Shown: positions 16,067 through 18,541 of the stretch, one piece after another
Numbering within the stretch: the stretch's first letter is position 1
How the letters are laid out: each line of letters starts with the position of its first letter
From: Pseudomonadota bacterium
Lineage (GTDB): Bacteria; Bdellovibrionota_B; Oligoflexia; Oligoflexales; CAIMVM01
Direction of reading: 5' to 3'
Length of the DNA stretch: 18,541 nt
Assembly (NCBI GenBank): GCA_037142195.1
Contig: JBAXBA010000072.1
Coordinates: 1 to 18,541 of the forward strand
The notes under the pieces: model-generated
Seen by the model: the letters and a program-made list of their open reading frames with translations, nothing else
Database searches by the model: none
What the model was told of the DNA's origin: nothing
Program-made: the position numbers and the translations under genes

Positions 16067-16075
16067 TTATTCACA
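16067..16075 (+). promoter_or_regulatory. DnaA box (TTATTCACA)
   Basis: Exact match to TTATNCACA upstream of dnaB, with phased degenerate copies beside it. Confidence 0.55.
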
Positions 16076-16396
16076 GCTCTTCAGTGGCAAAGTGGGATCA
16101 CATCCCGACCAATAGAAGGAATTCTGAAGAAATGGAATGGTCCCCCACAAAATAGGGGTCATAGGTCCTATCTTCCTATTTTTAAACTAGAGCAATAGCT
16201 TAAGACACATAAGGGTAAATGATACTTGGTCCTGTCATTCATAATGGACTCAAAATCGCCAGACTGCCCCTGTAAGGCCTCGGTCATTCTATAGGAAATA
16301 ACTCTTTAACCAGACGAAAGTTCTGTCATGGAATCATTCTTCTATCGATTTGAGTCTAGTAATGCGAATGCACTTAAGAAACCATCCATTTCTAAT

Positions 16397-16915
16397 CTAA
16401 TTTCTTAGCAATAGGCTAAACATTAAAAGAAATCCTAGGCTGCGAAAGACATAGCCCATGATGCCAAGACGTCGATGCCACGACCTTCCTGAGCTACTTA
16501 ATTTCCCCAAGTAGAGGCGCCAACCCAAGATCAAAATCGGTATATAGAGTGTCGTAGCGACAGCAGACATAGCAATATGGGCCTGCTGGAGGGGTGACAG
16601 TGAAAAACTAAGTGCTGTTTGGATGGCATCCCTTTGAAACTCTAACACCAAAACCAACGCTAAATCGAGGGCGATGGCTGAATTCATATAGCGAACGTGG
16701 AAATCCCGATTTCGAAGATTCATGAGTCCAATATTCATGAAACCATAGGATAAAGTCGCCAAGCCCATATAAGGAGTAGCCGAAATTCCAACCCCAGCGG
16801 CGAAGAGAGCAACTACTAAAGCACAAACCTTATGGTCATAGAACTTACCGGAATAAAGCCAAAGAGACATGGATGAATCTGCGACTTCTTTTGAGCTGTG
16901 TTCTTGGTGTTTCAT
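16397..16915 (-). CDS. DUF420-like integral membrane protein
   Basis: 4-5 hydrophobic segments with His motifs FHVRYM, AHIAMS and WHRRLG, as in DUF420-type proteins. Confidence 0.65.
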   Translation of the reverse strand: MKHQEHSSKEVADSSMSLWLYSGKFYDHKVCALVVALFAAGVGISATPYMGLATLSYGFMNIGLMNLRNRDFHVRYMNSAIALDLALVLVLEFQRDAIQTALSFSLSPLQQAHIAMSAVATTLYIPILILGWRLYLGKLSSSGRSWHRRLGIMGYVFRSLGFLLMFSLLLRN

Positions 16916-16961
16916 GGAAGCGGGTCCTTATCTGTGGCATTGATTAATTTCTCACAACATA

Positions 16962-16980
16962 GAAAACGAGAATCATAAAA
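16962..16980. promoter_or_regulatory. Fur-box-like site
   Basis: GAAAACGAGAATCATAAAA matches GATAATGATAATCATTATC at 13/19 positions; about 47 nt upstream of the DUF420-like start. Confidence 0.3.
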
Positions 16981-17064
16981 AAACTATATCACTTCACCAA
17001 ATCTCTTTAAAAACATACCTGCTACTCTAAATGCATCCTACCTAAACCTACAGCAAAAGCACTT

Positions 17065-17913
17065 TTATGCGGAAGCTTTCATGTTTGGCTTTAGTTTATA
17101 GACACAAGCCTTACCAAAAATCTGCATTTCAAAATCATTAGAGAGCCCCAGTAGACTTTCCGCGCCACCTAAAACCAGATATCCTCCAGGAGTCAGAGAC
17201 TCAGCAAGACGCGAAATGACCTTTCGTTTGTTCTCAATATCTTGATAGATTAAAACATTGCGACAAAAAATAATATCAAATCGATCCCTATGGTTCCAAG
17301 AATCCAACAAATTTAAGCGCCTAAAGGTAATCGAACTAGAAAGCTCCGTCTTAATCTTGAACTTTGCCATTGTCGATTTTTCATCAGAAAGAGCGTCAAA
17401 AAACCTTGTAAGCATGGCGGGGGAAAGTCCTCTTTGAACTTCCAGCTGAGAATAAATACCTGATTGCGCCTGCTTTAAAACTCTCTCACTGAAGTCAGTC
17501 GCTAGAAGTTCATAGGAGCGTGGATGTCCAGCGTCCTTAAGTTGAGCCAAAATCATTGCTAGAGAATAAGGTTCCTGCCCTGTGCTGGTAGCCGCACACC
17601 AAACCCTTAAGGGAGTGGATGTATTTTTTGGCAGAAAATCATTTCTAAAAAAGTCGAATATCTCGGTGTCCCGAAAAAACGAAGTTTCATTGTTTGTGGC
17701 AATATCAAGTATTGCCTCTTTTTCGCTAGCGCGAAGTGATCTAGTTTTTAGGTCGGCCCAAAAAGCATCAAAATTCTCAAATCCAAGCGCTTTGGCTAGA
17801 TCATGGAGGCGATTTTCAAGGAGATGACTATTTACAGTGTTGTATTGAATTCCGATTTCTTTTTCAATGAGCTGCGCAAAGTACTTTACAGTTTCGGACT
17901 CAATTTTAGACAT
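17065..17913 (-). CDS. cheR: Chemotaxis protein-glutamate O-methyltransferase CheR
   Basis: TNNETSFFRD, RVWCAATSTGQEPYSLAM, ATDFS, FDIIFCRNVLIY, GGYLVLGGAE. Confidence 0.95.
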   Translation of the reverse strand: MSKIESETVKYFAQLIEKEIGIQYNTVNSHLLENRLHDLAKALGFENFDAFWADLKTRSLRASEKEAILDIATNNETSFFRDTEIFDFFRNDFLPKNTSTPLRVWCAATSTGQEPYSLAMILAQLKDAGHPRSYELLATDFSERVLKQAQSGIYSQLEVQRGLSPAMLTRFFDALSDEKSTMAKFKIKTELSSSITFRRLNLLDSWNHRDRFDIIFCRNVLIYQDIENKRKVISRLAESLTPGGYLVLGGAESLLGLSNDFEMQIFGKACVYKLKPNMKASA

Positions 17914-18088
17914 TATCTTTTCCTATATATTGAAAAAAAAACACTCAACTTAAAACCGGCAGTATCCTCTTAGAAAACAAGCTTTCCTTTAGAATTAAAA
18001 AATGCCAAAACCCCGCAACTCACTTCAAACTACCGACTTATTGATTAATTTCCAAAATAAACTCAGATACATTCTAATTTTGGACTTC

Positions 18089-18117
18089 ATTATAGAAGTT
18101 TGAAACTCGCACATCAA
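18089..18117 (-). promoter_or_regulatory. sigma70 promoter upstream of cheR (TTGATG-N17-TATAAT)
   Basis: Perfect -10, 17-nt spacer, TTGA -35; implies a ~170-nt leader. Confidence 0.6.
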
Positions 18118-18178
18118 GCAACGAACCTCTTGCCTGATTCGTTGCTCTATTTTATCACGATTTTACAAATTAAGTCGA

Positions 18179-18206
18179 ACATCTGAAGAAGCGTTCCTTC
18201 AGACGC
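18179..18206 (-). terminator. Hairpin downstream of ORF 18225-18515
   Basis: Minus strand GCGTCTGAAG..CTTCAGATGT with G-U pairs; weak U tract. Confidence 0.4.
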
Positions 18207-18224
18207 GCCCTTTGACCTTCCGAT

Positions 18225-18515
18225 TTATTTAATGACCGTCTTCATTGCAAAAAGTCCGATGGAATCTTGCAGACGTAACCCAATGTCATGTAGGTTTTTA
18301 TCCGCATCATCGAAAGACTCAAGTGTACTCTCGTTTAAATAGTAAGATACTATTTCGAGATACTGATATAGGAATTTGATCAATTTTAGAACAGCTGAAA
18401 ATTTAGAGGACTTTTCCCATTTCCATGCATCATGCAAAAATCCTTCCATTACCTCGATTATATGCTCAGACAAGTCGAATAATTTCTGCCTCGTCAGCAG
18501 AATTTGTGGGTCCAT
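18225..18515 (-). CDS. Hypothetical helical protein
   Basis: 96-aa ORF with amphipathic helical pattern; no clear RBS; upstream context is cut by the window edge. Confidence 0.5.
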   Translation of the reverse strand: MDPQILLTRQKLFDLSEHIIEVMEGFLHDAWKWEKSSKFSAVLKLIKFLYQYLEIVSYYLNESTLESFDDADKNLHDIGLRLQDSIGLFAMKTVIK

Positions 18516-18541
18516 TCAGGAGTTGGTAGTTTTCCAAGCTG

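Noticed and set aside
212..17827. Short antisense or out-of-frame ORFs (e.g. 212-427, 2710-3111, 7317-7562, 10498-10866, 12229-12507, 15828-16115, 16608-16826, 17582-17827)
   Set aside because: They overlap well-supported genes and show no recognisable motif; shadow ORFs.
17993..18008. sigma54 promoter upstream of cheR (TGGCA on the minus strand)
   Set aside because: No GC dinucleotide at the -12 position.
1..18541. CRISPR array, IS element, prophage, retron or defence system
   Set aside because: No repeat-spacer array and no transposase, integrase, reverse transcriptase, nuclease or virion genes were seen.

Overview
AT-rich bacterial chromosomal core region. Gene content and order suggest a Bdellovibrionota/Oligoflexia-like or related former-deltaproteobacterial lineage (inference only). 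From left to right: a minus-strand operon (lipoprotein, UbiA/MqnP prenyltransferase, UbiX, FieF-like CDF transporter); two plus-strand lipoproteins (one with TPR repeats); a highly structured ~140-nt intergenic element; a small helical protein resembling phage UvsY-type recombination mediators; a translationally coupled pair of uncharacterised genes; a def-rpe-hutH-secreted protein run; lon; a stand-alone grpE; a Fis-family regulator; dnaB; a DUF420-like membrane protein; an orphan cheR; and a hypothetical ORF. I saw no mobile element, CRISPR array, rRNA or complete tRNA. The most interesting unexplained signals are the candidate plus-strand structured ncRNA at ~4933-5072 converging on the UvsY-like gene, three sigma28/FliA-type promoters in front of non-flagellar genes, the doubly promoted hypothetical gene pair with a palindromic operator, and an 11-bp-phased array of DnaA-box-like sites upstream of dnaB.
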